Positions 23,350 to 36,665 of a stretch of DNA of 64,000 bases are shown in pieces. Within the stretch, counting starts at the first letter, position 1, and every line of letters begins with the position of its first letter. The DNA comes from Macrostomum lignano (lineage: Eukaryota). Both the position numbers and the translations under genes were made by a program. The stretch covers positions 310,001 to 374,000 of the forward strand of contig NIVC01000006.1 of assembly GCA_002269645.1 (NCBI GenBank). Direction: 5' to 3'. Under the pieces are notes generated by a model, which saw nothing but the letters and a program-made list of their open reading frames with translations, had not been told where the DNA came from and did not search any database.

Positions 23350-23660
23350 CACTGACATCCCCGCTGACAATCTGACATCCCGCTGACAATGTGACATCCC
23401 GCTGACAATCTGACATCCCGCTGACAATCTGACATCCCGCTGACAATCTGACATCCCCGCTGACAATCTGACATCCCCATTGACAATCAGAAATCCCCGC
23501 TGACAATCTGACATCCCCACTAATAATCTGACATCCCCACTGACAATCTGACATCCCTGCTGACAATCTGACATCCCCGCTGACAATCTGACATCCCCGC
23601 TGACAATCTGACATCCCTGCTGACAATCTGACATCCCGCTGACAATCTGACATCTCCACT
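23350..23660 (+). repeat. 19-20-bp minisatellite (CTGACATCCCCGCTGACAAT)n
   Basis: Same family as 22508-23098. Confidence 0.92.
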
Positions 23661-24124
23661 GAGAATATCTGACAAATCGCAGCTTGATATCTATTCCAAA
23701 CGCTTGCTAATGATTAATTTTTCGCACTACACTCGTAGCACTGATCGCATCATTTTTCATATAAAAATTCAGTATAGCAGCATATATTGGCAGAAAAATC
23801 TCAGAGTGCAGAGACCAGATTGATACGCAGACTTATATGCAAATGAAGATTAGCCAGAATGGCACAGACGAGCAAAATGTTGCAAGCAGCAGTTGATGTA
23901 CTTTCTTAGTAAATTGGAGCAGAAAGTCGATTTCTTATCTTGGTCAAATAATCTATTGCTTAAATCCAGCAGGAATTGCTCAAAACTACGAGTATAATTC
24001 AATCCCAGGCCTAGAAGATGCTCTGATAGAGTCTTGATCATCTCTGTTACACTTTTAATTATTGAAATACACTGGAAATCCATTATAGATGTCTTACAAA
24101 CACACACACACACACACTGGTCCC

Positions 24125-24758
24125 TGATCTCAGACCCCCATCATCCCAATCCCAAAGTTCCCCATCACCCCAGCTTCAAATCCCCATCACTCCAGCCTCA
24201 GACCCCCATCACCACAGCCTCAGATCCTCGTCACCACAGCCTCAGATCCTCATCACCACAGCCTCAGATCCTCATCACCCCAGTCTCAGATCCCCATCAC
24301 CCCAGCCTCAGATCCCCATCTCACATCAGTCTCAGAACCCCATCACATCAGTCTCAGATCCCCATCACCCCAGCCTCAGATCCCTATCACATCAGTCTCA
24401 GATCCCTATCACATCAGTCTCAGATCCCCATCACCCCAGCCTCAGATCCCTATCACATCAGTCTCAGAACCCCATCACATCAGTCTCAGATCCCCATCAC
24501 CCCAGTCTCAGATCCTCATCACCCCAGTCTCAGATCCCTATCAACCCAGTAGATCTTCATCACCCAGCCTCAGATCCGCATCACATCAGTCTCAGATCTT
24601 CATCTTCCCAGCCTCAGATCCCCATCACTCCAGCCTCAGATCCCCATCACCCCAGTCTCAGATCCACCATCACCCCAGGCTCAGATCCCCATCACCCCAG
24701 TCTCAGATCCACCATCACCCCAGCCTCAGATCCCCATCATCCCAGTCTCAACTCCCAT
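24125..24758 (+). repeat. ~21-bp minisatellite (CAGCCTCAGATCCCCATCACC)n
   Basis: Begins about 8 nt inside the donor of the syntrophin PDZ exon. Confidence 0.9.
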
Positions 24759-24766
24759 CAGCTCAC

Positions 24767-25210
24767 CTGCTGTCCAGCATTCTTCAAGCGCTCCACCACC
24801 TCGTCGTGCGTGGCGCCCTCAACGCTGGCCTGGTCGATCCGCAGTATGGCGTCGCCGATGAACAGCGCTTTGGTTTTGAAGGCCGGCATGCCTTTCTGCA
24901 CGTGAGACACCAGCACCGGCAGGCGGTTCTCGCTGCCGCCGCGGACGCTGAACCCGAAGCTGCCGCGGTGGTCGCGGCACAGAGAAATCTCGCGGAGCAC
25001 GGGCAGCCCAGACTGATCAAACTGGTTGGTGCTGCCCTCCTGGCTCACCACCTCCTCCTGGACCGTCAGGCAGTCGGGCGTCAGCCGCAGCCGGATGATC
25101 CGCTCCAGACCGCTGTCCGCCTCGCCTGACGCCAGCGTGCACAGACCGGTCATGGAGGTCATGCCGCTGGTGCTCGGCTCCCCCTGCTGCCTGTGTGCGG
25201 AGCGGCTGCT
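24767..25210 (-). CDS. SNTG1: Gamma-type syntrophin, PH1a + PDZ exon (ATG at 25162; exon may start at acceptor 25210)
   Basis: TGLCTL..IRLRLTPDCLTVQE (PH1a) and GSFGFSVRGGSENRLPVLVS..LFIGDAILRI..THDEVVERLKNAG (PDZ). Donor CAG|GTGAGC at 24766, phase 0. Confidence 0.88.
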
Positions 25211-25261
25211 CTATGAGTATGTAGGTCTACTCTCCCTCTACTTCTCAGCCATCTGATTCTC

Positions 25262-25445
25262 ACCCTATACTTCTCAGCCCTCTACTTCTGATCCCTCTAC
25301 TTCTAACCCCTCTACTTCTAACCCCTCTACTTCTAACCCCTCTACTTCTAACCCCTCTACTTCTGACCCCTCTACTTCTGACCCCTCTACTTCTGACCCC
25401 TCTACTTCTGACCCATCTGCTTCTGACGCCTCCACTTCTCACTTT
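25262..25445 (+). repeat. 15-bp minisatellite (CCCTCTACTTCT(A/G)AC)n
   Basis: Tandem copies. Confidence 0.9.
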
Positions 25446-26559
25446 CTACTTCTCATCACTACTTATCTGCTCTCTAATTCTAACCCCTTCTATTTTTCAG
25501 CCATCTGCTTCTTACCCACCAACTTCTACCCCTATACGTCTCACCCCTCTACTCCTCTCTCGTCTCCACGTCTCAACGATAACAGATTACAGAAGAACTC
25601 GCCTTACCTTCAACTCAGTAGCTACAGATGACGCCTCCGCAGGGCCTGAGGAGGTCCTCTGACAATTTTATCAGAGAATATTCATTCCATCCATCACATC
25701 TTGTCAGCCGTCTGCTAATCGCTCGATTTCACGTCTTGAAGTTTTTAAAGAATGAATTAAGCTTCAGGTTTGAACACACCTGACTGACTAACCTTACCAA
25801 AGCCTTCAGCGCCTGATGCGTGACTCGAGGCTTGCTTAGCCTGTGCGCGGTGTGGGAAGGCGAGACGGGGAAGAGACACGAGGCGGGGGGTGGGTATAAT
25901 CCCAGTATCCTAGGGGAGAAAATACAGCCACGCAATGGGGATGGCCAAAGATCGTTGGCTGTGGAGCTGAGGGAGGAAGGGCAGAGGGGCATAAGTAGAC
26001 ACAGCGGGGGCCTGGCTTAGAATAGGCGAGAAGGAGACTGGCGGTCCTCACACACACTCCATCTAGAATCCCCTCCACTCCCCTGTCCCCCTGCTTACCC
26101 CCTGGCGTCCCTAACCGCCGTCCCACCCTCAGGGGAGAATCAGCCGCCCCCGCCTCCGCTCTCCCACCCGCCCCCAAACGCTCTCAGCCTCTGTCTCTGC
26201 AGGCGTGCTCCCCCCCAGACTGAAGCCTAGCCATGCTGAATGGTCCCACCCCAAATGCTTTGCACTTCTCCCACTGCCTTCCGCATCCCTCTCCATGTTT
26301 CCCATCCGGGGGGCCCCATCTCCTACCTCACCACCACCCATCATCCTCTCCCTCTCCCCGGCGTTCCTGGAAAGCAGCAAACAAATAAGAGCGAATTGGG
26401 ATCTGAATTTAACGTGGAGGGGGCGGGGAGTTCGGCCAGCGAATGCTCCCGCTTTTAGAGCTGCTGTGACAAGTGCTGCTCTGCCGCTGCGCTTTCCAGA
26501 CCGAATTGGATTGCAAATTGGGTTACTCTTCCTTATCTAGACTTGAGCCGCCTCACTTC

Positions 26560-27106
26560 CTGCATTCTACTCTCCCTTTCCGTCTTCCTCTACTTCTCTC
26601 GCTCCTCTCTTTCCTCTCCCTCCTCTCCCTCCTCTCTCTCCTCTCTCTCCTCTCTCTCTCTCTTCTCTCTCCTCTCCCTCCTCTCCCTCCTCTCTCTCCT
26701 CTCTCTCCTCTCTCTCTCTCTTCTCTCTCCTCTCTCTCCTCTCCTTCCTCTCGCTCCTCTCGCTCCTCTCGCTCCTCTCGCTCCTCTCATCTCTCTCTCT
26801 CTCTTCTCTCTCCTCTCTCTCCTCTCCCTCCTATCCCTCCTCTCTCTCCTCTCTCTCCTCTCTCTCTCTTCTCTCTCCTCTCTCTCCTCTCCTTCCTCTC
26901 GCTCCTCTCGCTCCTCTCGCTCTTCTCGCTCCTCTCGCTCCTCTCGCTCCTCTCGCTCCTCTCTCTCCTCTCTCTCCTCTCCCTCCTCTCCCTCCTCTCT
27001 CTCCTCTCTCTCCTCTCCCTCCTCTCCCTCCTCTCCCTCCTCTCTCTCCTCTCGCTCCTCTCCTCTCTCTCTCTCTTCTCTCTCCTCTCTCTCTCTCCTC
27101 TCTCTC

Positions 27107-27178
<72 letters not shown>

Positions 27179-27344
27179 CCCTCTCTCTCTCCTCTCCTTC
27201 CTCTCGCTCCTCTCGCTCCTCTCGCTCCTCTCGCTCCTCTCGCTCCTCTCGCTCCTCTCGCTCCTCTCGCTCCTCTCCTCTCTCTCTCTCTTCTCTCTCC
27301 TCTCTCTCCTCTCCTTCCTCTCGCTCCTCTCGCTCCTCTCGCTC

Positions 27345-27376
<32 letters not shown>

Positions 27377-27461
27377 CTCTCTCCTTCTCTCCTCTCTCCT
27401 CTCGCTCCTCTCGCTCTTCTCGCTCCTCTCGCTCCTCTCACTCCTCTCTCTCCTCTCTCTC

Positions 27462-27503
<42 letters not shown>

Positions 27504-27835
27504 CCTCTCCTCTCCTCTCTCTCCTCTCTCTCCTCTCGCTCCTCTCACTCCTCTCTCTCTTCTCTCTCCTCTCTCTCCTCTCTCTCCTCTCGCTCTCGCT
27601 CCTCTCGTTCCTCTCGCTCCTCTCTCTGCTCTCTCTCCTCTCTCTCTTCTCTCTCCTCTCTCTCCTCTCGCTCTCGCTCCTCTCGCTCCTCTCGCTCCTC
27701 TCTCTGCTCTCACTCCTCTCTCTCTTCTCTCTCCTCTCTCTCCTCTCGCTCTCGCTCCTCTCGCTCCTCTCTCTGCTCTCACTCCTCTCCCTCCTCTCTC
27801 TCCTCTCTCTCCTCTCCTCTTTCTCCTCTCTCTCC
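26560..27835 (+). repeat. (CT)n / CTCCTCTC(T/G) polypyrimidine array
   Basis: About 1.3 kb that is nearly pure C/T. Confidence 0.95.
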
Positions 27836-28434
27836 ACACTGCCACTTCAATCTAAGACATAGAAACCAAAAGTCTAGCCTGGAAATTATGGAACTGCCAA
27901 TCAAAATAATTACGAGTAATGACAACGCATATACCTGCCGCGCAGTTTTTTCTGGTAATGCCAGCTCGTGACTACCAGCCCGTGGATCTGATGAAAGGCT
28001 TTTTAATTGGTGGGCGCATTTCGATTGGCAGCCGGAGGGATCTAAAGCACTTTTATTTGAATTCTCGCTCATTTTTTCAAATAAGCTTTGTTAAATTGCC
28101 ACGACTTTGCACTATTCAAATTCGTCAGTTGATTGATCAGGCAAATGGGGTTTCTGTTTAAATCTGTTTAGAAAAGAGCTGGACGTAGAAAGTCTGTCAC
28201 AAATGGATGCACTTAGGAACTCAGGAGTTGCAGGTTTGGGTTTAGGAAGAAAATTTAGAAAGAAGGAAGAGACGAGTGTTGCAGTCACAATTCAAGCAGA
28301 TTAAGTGGCATCAGATTCAGACTCTGGATTTGTTGACAATAATGCATTGAAGTTAGTGGGGCTAAAGTGGGCGCCACTGAAGTGGGCTGAAGTGGGCTTG
28401 AGTACACCAAAAGTACTCAAGGATGAAGAGTAAG

Positions 28435-29225
<791 letters not shown>

Positions 29226-29972
29226 CAGACAGGAATGGCAGCGAAGAGCTGATGCTGCCGTATTGAATTTCGCATTAAAGGCCTCTCAGAGCAGCTGATG
29301 AGGCGCACAGCTGGCAGAGAAGCTGCGCTGGCATCTTGCTGCACGCCCAGCCGGGAGAAAAGTAAATTAGCGAAGCGAATTGTGTCGCCCTCAGTGAATT
29401 AAAGATGCCCGTCTGCGTCAGTCACCGCAAGACTCTCCAGTCTGAGTGCGGCAGGCACACCGGTAGCAGCTGAGGCAGTCTGCACTTTTCCTATCAGCTC
29501 AGCTGTAGCGACTCCATTCCCTTCCCTGCTAAGCTCTGCCCCGCAGCTCAGATCTTCACATAAAATAAATTTTACGAGTATTTTTTTCATTTTTAATCGC
29601 CGCTTAGACCCTGGGCATTTTTCCGGTTTGAATGAACCGTATAGAGTTAACGTTTGAAATCAGCAAAGATATATCTGCAGGCTTCTCCTAAAACATTATC
29701 CTGTATATTTATTTAATATATGCGATTCATTTTAGCAAAAACCTTTATTCTAAAAGTCTCTAAAAACTGCACGTTTAAACATCCTTATATCGAGGGGGCT
29801 TGAAGTGGTCCTCTGGCTCACTTCTGCAGTGCTGCAGACTGCGTCTCTTCTGGTTTTTAACTGAAAAACCATTGTAAACATCAAGAACTTGATTGATTAG
29901 TACAGGACTGGTGGGGCAGTTTTTTCTGCAGATTTTAAAGAAAAAAATTAGTTGATAGCATTGTGCATTGCC

Positions 29973-30622
<650 letters not shown>

Positions 30623-30629
30623 TGTTGCT

Positions 30630-31199
30630 TCAGTTGCTTATCAGGCACTCAAAAGTCTTCATGGAGTACGATACAACGAACACGGTTCCCGGGTTATTCA
30701 GCAGGTAGTAAAGTCCTCTGGTGTAAACGTTGGGAAATTCCCTGTAGATTCCGTTCGGGTCCATGGATGAGCAGCGGCCGTACCACCAGCCAGCGGACCT
30801 TTCCTGACAGCAGCTGCCACCGCTCCAGTTGTCATTGTCGGAGTCCGGAGTGCTGAACTGCCAGTTGTTCGGCGACAGATCCAAATCGGCCCGCTGTCCG
30901 ACACTCGACCTGTTCGCGTCCAGTGGTCCCATCGAGCACCTGTACTTATCGGTCGCTGGGCCAACAGAGAACGGAGCATTCTCAGCCCAGTACCAGTTGT
31001 CATTCCAGTCGCTGAACTCCCAACGGACTCTCCACAATCCAGTGGCGGTGAGCTGGTGCAGCTGCTCCAGTCCCATCCAGTAGTTCAGACTCTCGCCCTG
31101 ACCGAATCCGCTTGCATAATCCGCCCAGTTCCGGTTGAAGCTGACGGAGCCGTCGACTCGGTGCTGGAAGGTCGTCCAACACTTTACCGGCTTTCTCAT
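30630..31199 (-). CDS. Fibrinogen-related protein (FReD), exon 2, fibrinogen C-terminal domain
   Basis: [61 protein letters not shown] are canonical FReD motifs. Acceptor ttgcAG| at 31200, phase 0. Confidence 0.9.
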   Translation of the reverse strand: MRKPVKCWTTFQHRVDGSVSFNRNWADYASGFGQGESLNYWMGLEQLHQLTATGLWRVRWEFSDWNDNWYWAENAPFSVGPATDKYRCSMGPLDANRSSVGQRADLDLSPNNWQFSTPDSDNDNWSGGSCCQERSAGWWYGRCSSMDPNGIYREFPNVYTRGLYYLLNNPGTVFVVSYSMKTFECLISN

Positions 31200-31289
31200 C
31201 TGCAAGCGCGCAAAAGTTCTGCATTTGTTTTTCCGGATCAAACTTATCCGATATTTAATTTAGAAGTTTCCAAGTGCACATAGGCTGCA

Positions 31290-31552
31290 TGGAGGTTTCC
31301 CCGCTGGAGGTTTCCCGCCGAACTTTTCCCTCCGAGATTTCCCCGCCAAGATTTTCCCGCGGCGAGGTTTTCCCGCGAGATTTTTTACAGTCGGACTTTC
31401 AAGTCAAATCCAATCGGATTTGAAATCTAGTCTAGTTTTAATAAAGTCTAGTTTTTAATCTAGTCTAGTTTATGTCTAGTCTCGCCTAGCGTCTAGTCTA
31501 GTCTAGTTTAGTCTAGTCTAGTCTAGTCTAGGTTAGTTCTAATCTAGTCTAG
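31290..31552 (+). repeat. Intronic short repeats: TTTCCCGC-type block followed by a (TCTAG)n block
   Basis: About 6 degenerate TTTCCCG units, then many TCTAG/CTAGT units. Confidence 0.6.
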
Positions 31553-31842
31553 CACCAGCACATGACAAGCTGGTTGTCATGGTGACGAAAGTCGCTCATG
31601 CTCAACAACGCCGATTCTGGGATTTTATAAAAACTTTCGCTAGGTGGTTCTCGGATATAGATTTCTGACATTTCAGCCTCATTGAAATGACCCTAAAGTA
31701 TGAGTCAACTGGCATCCAGAGCACACTTTTGCTGCTATCTGACCTCAGACTGTGAGACAGTACCCTATCAAATTTGAGTTTTGACCCTCAGATATTCCAT
31801 TTAAACTTCAATCGACAATCTCCACCCACAGCGCTCACTCAC

Positions 31843-32139
31843 CCACAGCTGAGGCAGGCTGGAGTCGCTGGCGTGCCGGCACTTCCTGCAGGCGTCCATT
31901 GCTCCCCGATTGCAGGCCAGCAGCGAGCAGGAGCCCGAGGCCGCGTCGAAGCGGACGGCATCCGCGTTCTCAGCAAGCATCGTACAGTGAATGTCGCTGA
32001 TGGCCAGCTTCACTGCCAGGACCCGGTACTCGGCGAGGTCGCCTCGCTGGCGTTTCCAGCCGAAGTCTGCGGCCACAACGGTTGCCATGACAGCGCAGAT
32101 GAAACCATAAGTCAATGCTTGGGCCATTGCCATTTGCAC
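31843..32139 (-). CDS. FReD gene exon 1: signal peptide plus a degenerate PAN/apple-like module
   Basis: Hydrophobic leader ALTYGFICAVMATVVAA and SDIHCTML..VRFDAASGSCSL. Donor TGG|GTGAGT at 31842, in frame with exon 2 (288 aa total). Confidence 0.72.
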
Positions 32140-32504
32140 TAGAGCTGCTTTGGAGAAGTGGGAAAGAAAACTTAAGAGGGAAAGAGTTGGAGGTAGCTAC
32201 GAGCTGGTTAAATTTTCGCTTGGGTTGAGGTTGAGGACCTGGTTGCTGGGCAATGAAGAACAAAGCTCTGGAAGATGAGTCTGCTGAGACCCTGCTTGCA
32301 GTGAAAAAGGCATTTTAAACTGCAACTCTTCTTCTTGGCCCAAGTAGCAGCTGCCTTGGATCGATTTTTTTAACAAAACAGTGAATAGTCTTTAGCTAGA
32401 ACTTCTCGTATTCATTCTATTGTTCGGATGACTTCTTGCTGCATGACAAAAAGACTCTTTCAATGCAGCCATTGTAATAGTAGCGAATAGGCTCTCTGGA
32501 GGAA

Positions 32505-33050
<546 letters not shown>

Positions 33051-33320
33051 GCACAAGGATACCGACTGACAATCGTACAGTAATGGAATTTCGAAAGCCC
33101 CGCATGCTGCGTCTTCAGCTGCCCAGCTTCCTAATGAAGTTACTTGACATTGTGTTTATAAGCTGTACATCTTGCAAGGTTTCTTGTCCAAGGCAAGGCA
33201 CCCTGGGAATGGAAAATGCTGGCTATATTTATAAATTCAATTCCCTCTCAAGCCAAGATCAGCTCTACAGATGGGGGAATTTTATAAATTATTTTAGGCC
33301 TAATCTATGAATTAGACAGA

Positions 33321-33752
33321 GTCTATGGTCAACTGTGGTAGAATCGGTTAAAGCGTGCATTCAACTTTGGCAAAAGTGAGCGAATTTTGGCAACTCAACC
33401 GAACAAGATGCCGAACGCGCGTATATCGCTGCAGGATCGAGAACGGCTGGTGCGCAGCTACCAAGAAGGAAGAGACTGGAGATGACTGGCGAAGGACCTC
33501 GACATAAAGAGAACCACGGCCGACACAATTATCCCCAGGTTTGTCACTGAAGATCGCGTTGCGCTGAAGCAAGGCGAGGAGCCGTGAGGCCAAAATTTAC
33601 ACCACCAATGTTAAATGCTGTGACTCGGTTTGTTGAAGAGAAGCCCACCATAACGTTGAGGGAGATGAAGTTTATTGTGTTGCCAAAATTCGCTCACTTT
33701 TGCCAAAGTTGAATGCACGCTTTAACCGATTCTACCACAGTTGACCATAGAC
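33321..33752 (+). mobile_element. Internally deleted Tc1/mariner (IS630-like) element with perfect 74-bp inverted repeats
   Basis: 33321-33394 is the exact reverse complement of 33679-33752. The internal frame from ATG 33408 reads MPNARISLQDRERLVRSYQEGRDWR*LAKDLDIKRTTADTII..GGAVRPKFT..VEEKPTITLREMK, an N-terminal paired-like HTH of ITm transposases. Confidence 0.85.
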
Positions 33753-34783
33753 ATGTTGCTGGCAGGCGTATGCTTTTTCTATGGGCTGCCAAAATTGAAG
33801 TCACTTTTGCCAAAGTCGAGCTTAAAAGGTATATTAGAGCTGCAGTTCTTGGCTGCACCGCTGCAGATGAAGAACTGATCATTGTGTCTAGTTTCGTTTG
33901 GGTCACAAACGATTGCGTCGACGGAAATTGTGAACTAAGTAAATTTTTGCGCGCCTTTCAGGCATCGAAACAGGAATACAACAGATTGCTTATCTGCGAA
34001 TAGTCTATGGTCAAGCTGCCCCCCATCTTTGGATAGCTATTCCCTACGGGTTATATTTGGATATACCCATTTGCAGATGAGCAATCTGTATATTCTTGTA
34101 TCAGTGCGTTTGCGAGGATATTTTTTATTCAATACAACAAAGCTGAATAAACAGATTGCATAAATATACGAAAACGGTAACGTGGGCATAATGAATCGTG
34201 GACCAATTGTCGGCCGAAGAAATGTCTTTAGACGTTACACTCACATCGGCCGAATTGCATGGTTGGTTCCGCATGAGATCCTCGGGGCAAGCCTCTTCTT
34301 CGCTTGGCAGTGGTGGCAGAGCATCATAGTTACCGCATTCAATGAATCGGATGAACTCCATCAACTCTTCGTCATTGGCCTCGTCACGTCCACCCATACT
34401 CAAGTCGCTGAGAAAGTTGACCTCATTTCCATTCAAGCCGTCAATGCTTTCAATCGGCAAATTCGACCAATTTATCATTCGTATGAGTGGCATGAATAGA
34501 GGTTAGGGCAGACAGAAGAAACAGGAACATGTATCCTCTGCCGCAGAGTTCCAACTTATAAGACCACAACTTCATTTAACATGTTTCGTCTATGGTAATT
34601 TCAGACTGTTCCGCTTAACTTTTCGTTCCAAACGTTTAGTCTATGGCCATCATTTGGCTTGCGCCAAGTGGAAAATGCCTATGACACAAATCCCTAGAAT
34701 CGCTTAGTGAACAATTCCCGTCTGGGAAGTTGTGTCCTAGCCGTTTTGAATTGGTTTTTGGACGAAACTAGACACAATTCCAC

Positions 34784-34924
34784 TATCAAGAGGTCACGCT
34801 TCACACACAACTGCCTTACCGCGTCTCGGCCTACCCCGAAGAGGCAATGTCATCAATTAGCAGGTGTTATTAGCGACAGGCCTCGACGCTATGGCAGTTG
34901 TGTGTGAAGCTTAACCTCTTGATA
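34784..34924. mobile_element. 141-bp palindromic MITE-like element
   Basis: TATCAAGAGGTCACGCTTCACACACAACTGCC pairs with GGCAGTTGTGTGTGAAGCTTAACCTCTTGATA (2 mismatches in 32), with TA at both ends. Confidence 0.6.
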
Positions 34925-35989
34925 ATCATACATTGTGCTTAGTCAGGCTATGATAGTCTCTTCCCTTTCAGCTCTTATAGAGATTCATCTTCCCATGCAG
35001 TGCATGTTTTGCTCTGCATGGCTCATGTTTTGCTGAGTTGATTTCCTGGCTGTCTAATTAAATTCACCTGGTACACCATTACATGTGTACAGCAGTGTTC
35101 ACAGTGGGGTACGCTATACTGGGGCAGGAGGAGGGGTGCCTTCGCCCCGATCTTCGGTAAATCAGCCCCCACAACGATTGCGCTCCTTCAGAGAAGCTCA
35201 AATTTTGCCACGTCTTAAACGTGTCATCCACTGACCCAAGAGACAGTGGCGCCCAACAAGAGACAGTGGCGCCCATCAAGAGACAGAGGCGCCCATCAAG
35301 AGACAGTGGCGCAATTCCCCTATTGAGTATTTTAATGAGTCTCTTTGTAACTTGTGCATTTTCTGATTTTCTGGGCAGCACTGAAAATGGCAGGATCGGC
35401 GAGTGTAATGAATGATTTCTAATGCAAATATTGCTGCAGCTGTAGCATGGAAAATACAGAATGCTTTTAAAAATGACCTTTTAAAACAAATATTCGACTT
35501 TCAGTGGTTAGACAGGCCGGTAAATAAAAGTACATCGATTATGTACTATTTTTCAATGAGAGCAGCAGCTGCTATACGTGTATAATTTGGATGTCTGCAC
35601 GGCCTGCAGGGGCCCGAAGGAATTTCGACGCGAGTGCGTAACTGCATTTCATGGGTCGTCTGAGGGCTGCTGTTTGTCAATCAAAAGTTTTTGGTTATTT
35701 TAATAAGCCGCAGTTTTTTACATGGAGATATACAACACAATCTTTCGACTTCATCGCATTCTGTAGAAGCTGCACAGTGCGCAGTCGACTTATTTTTTCT
35801 TAGAATTTGTTCATTTTACATTTACTATCGGCAGGACACAACCTTTTAGCTTGGTGAGCGCACTACTACTTATAGTTCAGCTCAGGGTTAGCCCCACTAT
35901 ACATACACTCTCGTATATATAATAGTCAGCCCCAAAAAGACAATGATGCTGACCGTACCGACGGCGACCTGAGAACCAGTGCTGCTGCA

Positions 35990-36430
35990 CGAACGGGCAG
36001 GCGGCGTTGCTGCCTCGCTGCAAAGACCTAGGCGGTCTAAGCATCATGCCAAGCATCATGGACGACATGGCACGGCGCAGGGCGCTGTGCGGACTGTCTG
36101 TCCTGCAGTGCCCCGCGCTGCCGGATCGGCTGAGAGGGCGGCTGTTGCAGGTAGTCATATAGAAACCGTCCTCCGCTCCTTTACAATGCTGAAACGTGGA
36201 CACTGACCGGCCCGCAGGATCGCGGCAACTCGACGCCGCTCACGCTCGACTTCTGCGAGCCGCCTTCGGTGTTCACTACTCGCCAACCGCCACCACCAAC
36301 ACCTGCAAATGACGAGTGCTATACCGACGGGCCCAGCTCTCCCGACCCAGCGAGCTGCTGCGCATCCGGCGCCTTTATATAGCTAAACTGGCCGGCAACG
36401 TCGTCCGAGCAGAGCAGACGTACTGCCCTG
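35990..36430 (+). mobile_element. Old, diverged RTE-like LINE 3' fragment
   Basis: Frameshifted translation LPRC..LGGL..ARRRAL..VLQCPALPDRLRGRLLQVVI.TVLLYNAETWTLT..LDAAHARLLRAAFG..LYRRAQLSRPSELLR aligns with the C-terminus of the other two copies. Confidence 0.75.
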
Positions 36431-36665
36431 ACAGCAACCCAGCTTGGCTTGTCCAGGCTGCTGTAGTTTGTTGATGTGGTTGTTGTTGCTCGATCATAAT
36501 CCTAACTTTCTCTACTAATGCTACGAGGTACTACTAAATTGTTCTGTAGCTGCTGGAAGGCGTCTCTCTACATATTAGTTTGCGATTTACGTCAAGATAC
36601 GTGTACATATAAAGATAATTTTATAAAGTCATTATAAGCTATTTTAGGCCCTTTTTAAGCCACTC

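Noticed and set aside
29400-29560. GC-rich minus frame (ELIGKVQTASAATGVPAALRLESLAV) as an alternative syntrophin N-terminal exon
   Set aside because: The similarity to PH1a is weak and there is no clear start or acceptor.
34125-34493. 122-aa acidic ORF on the minus strand
   Set aside because: No recognisable domain; it lies among transposon remnants and has no splice partners.
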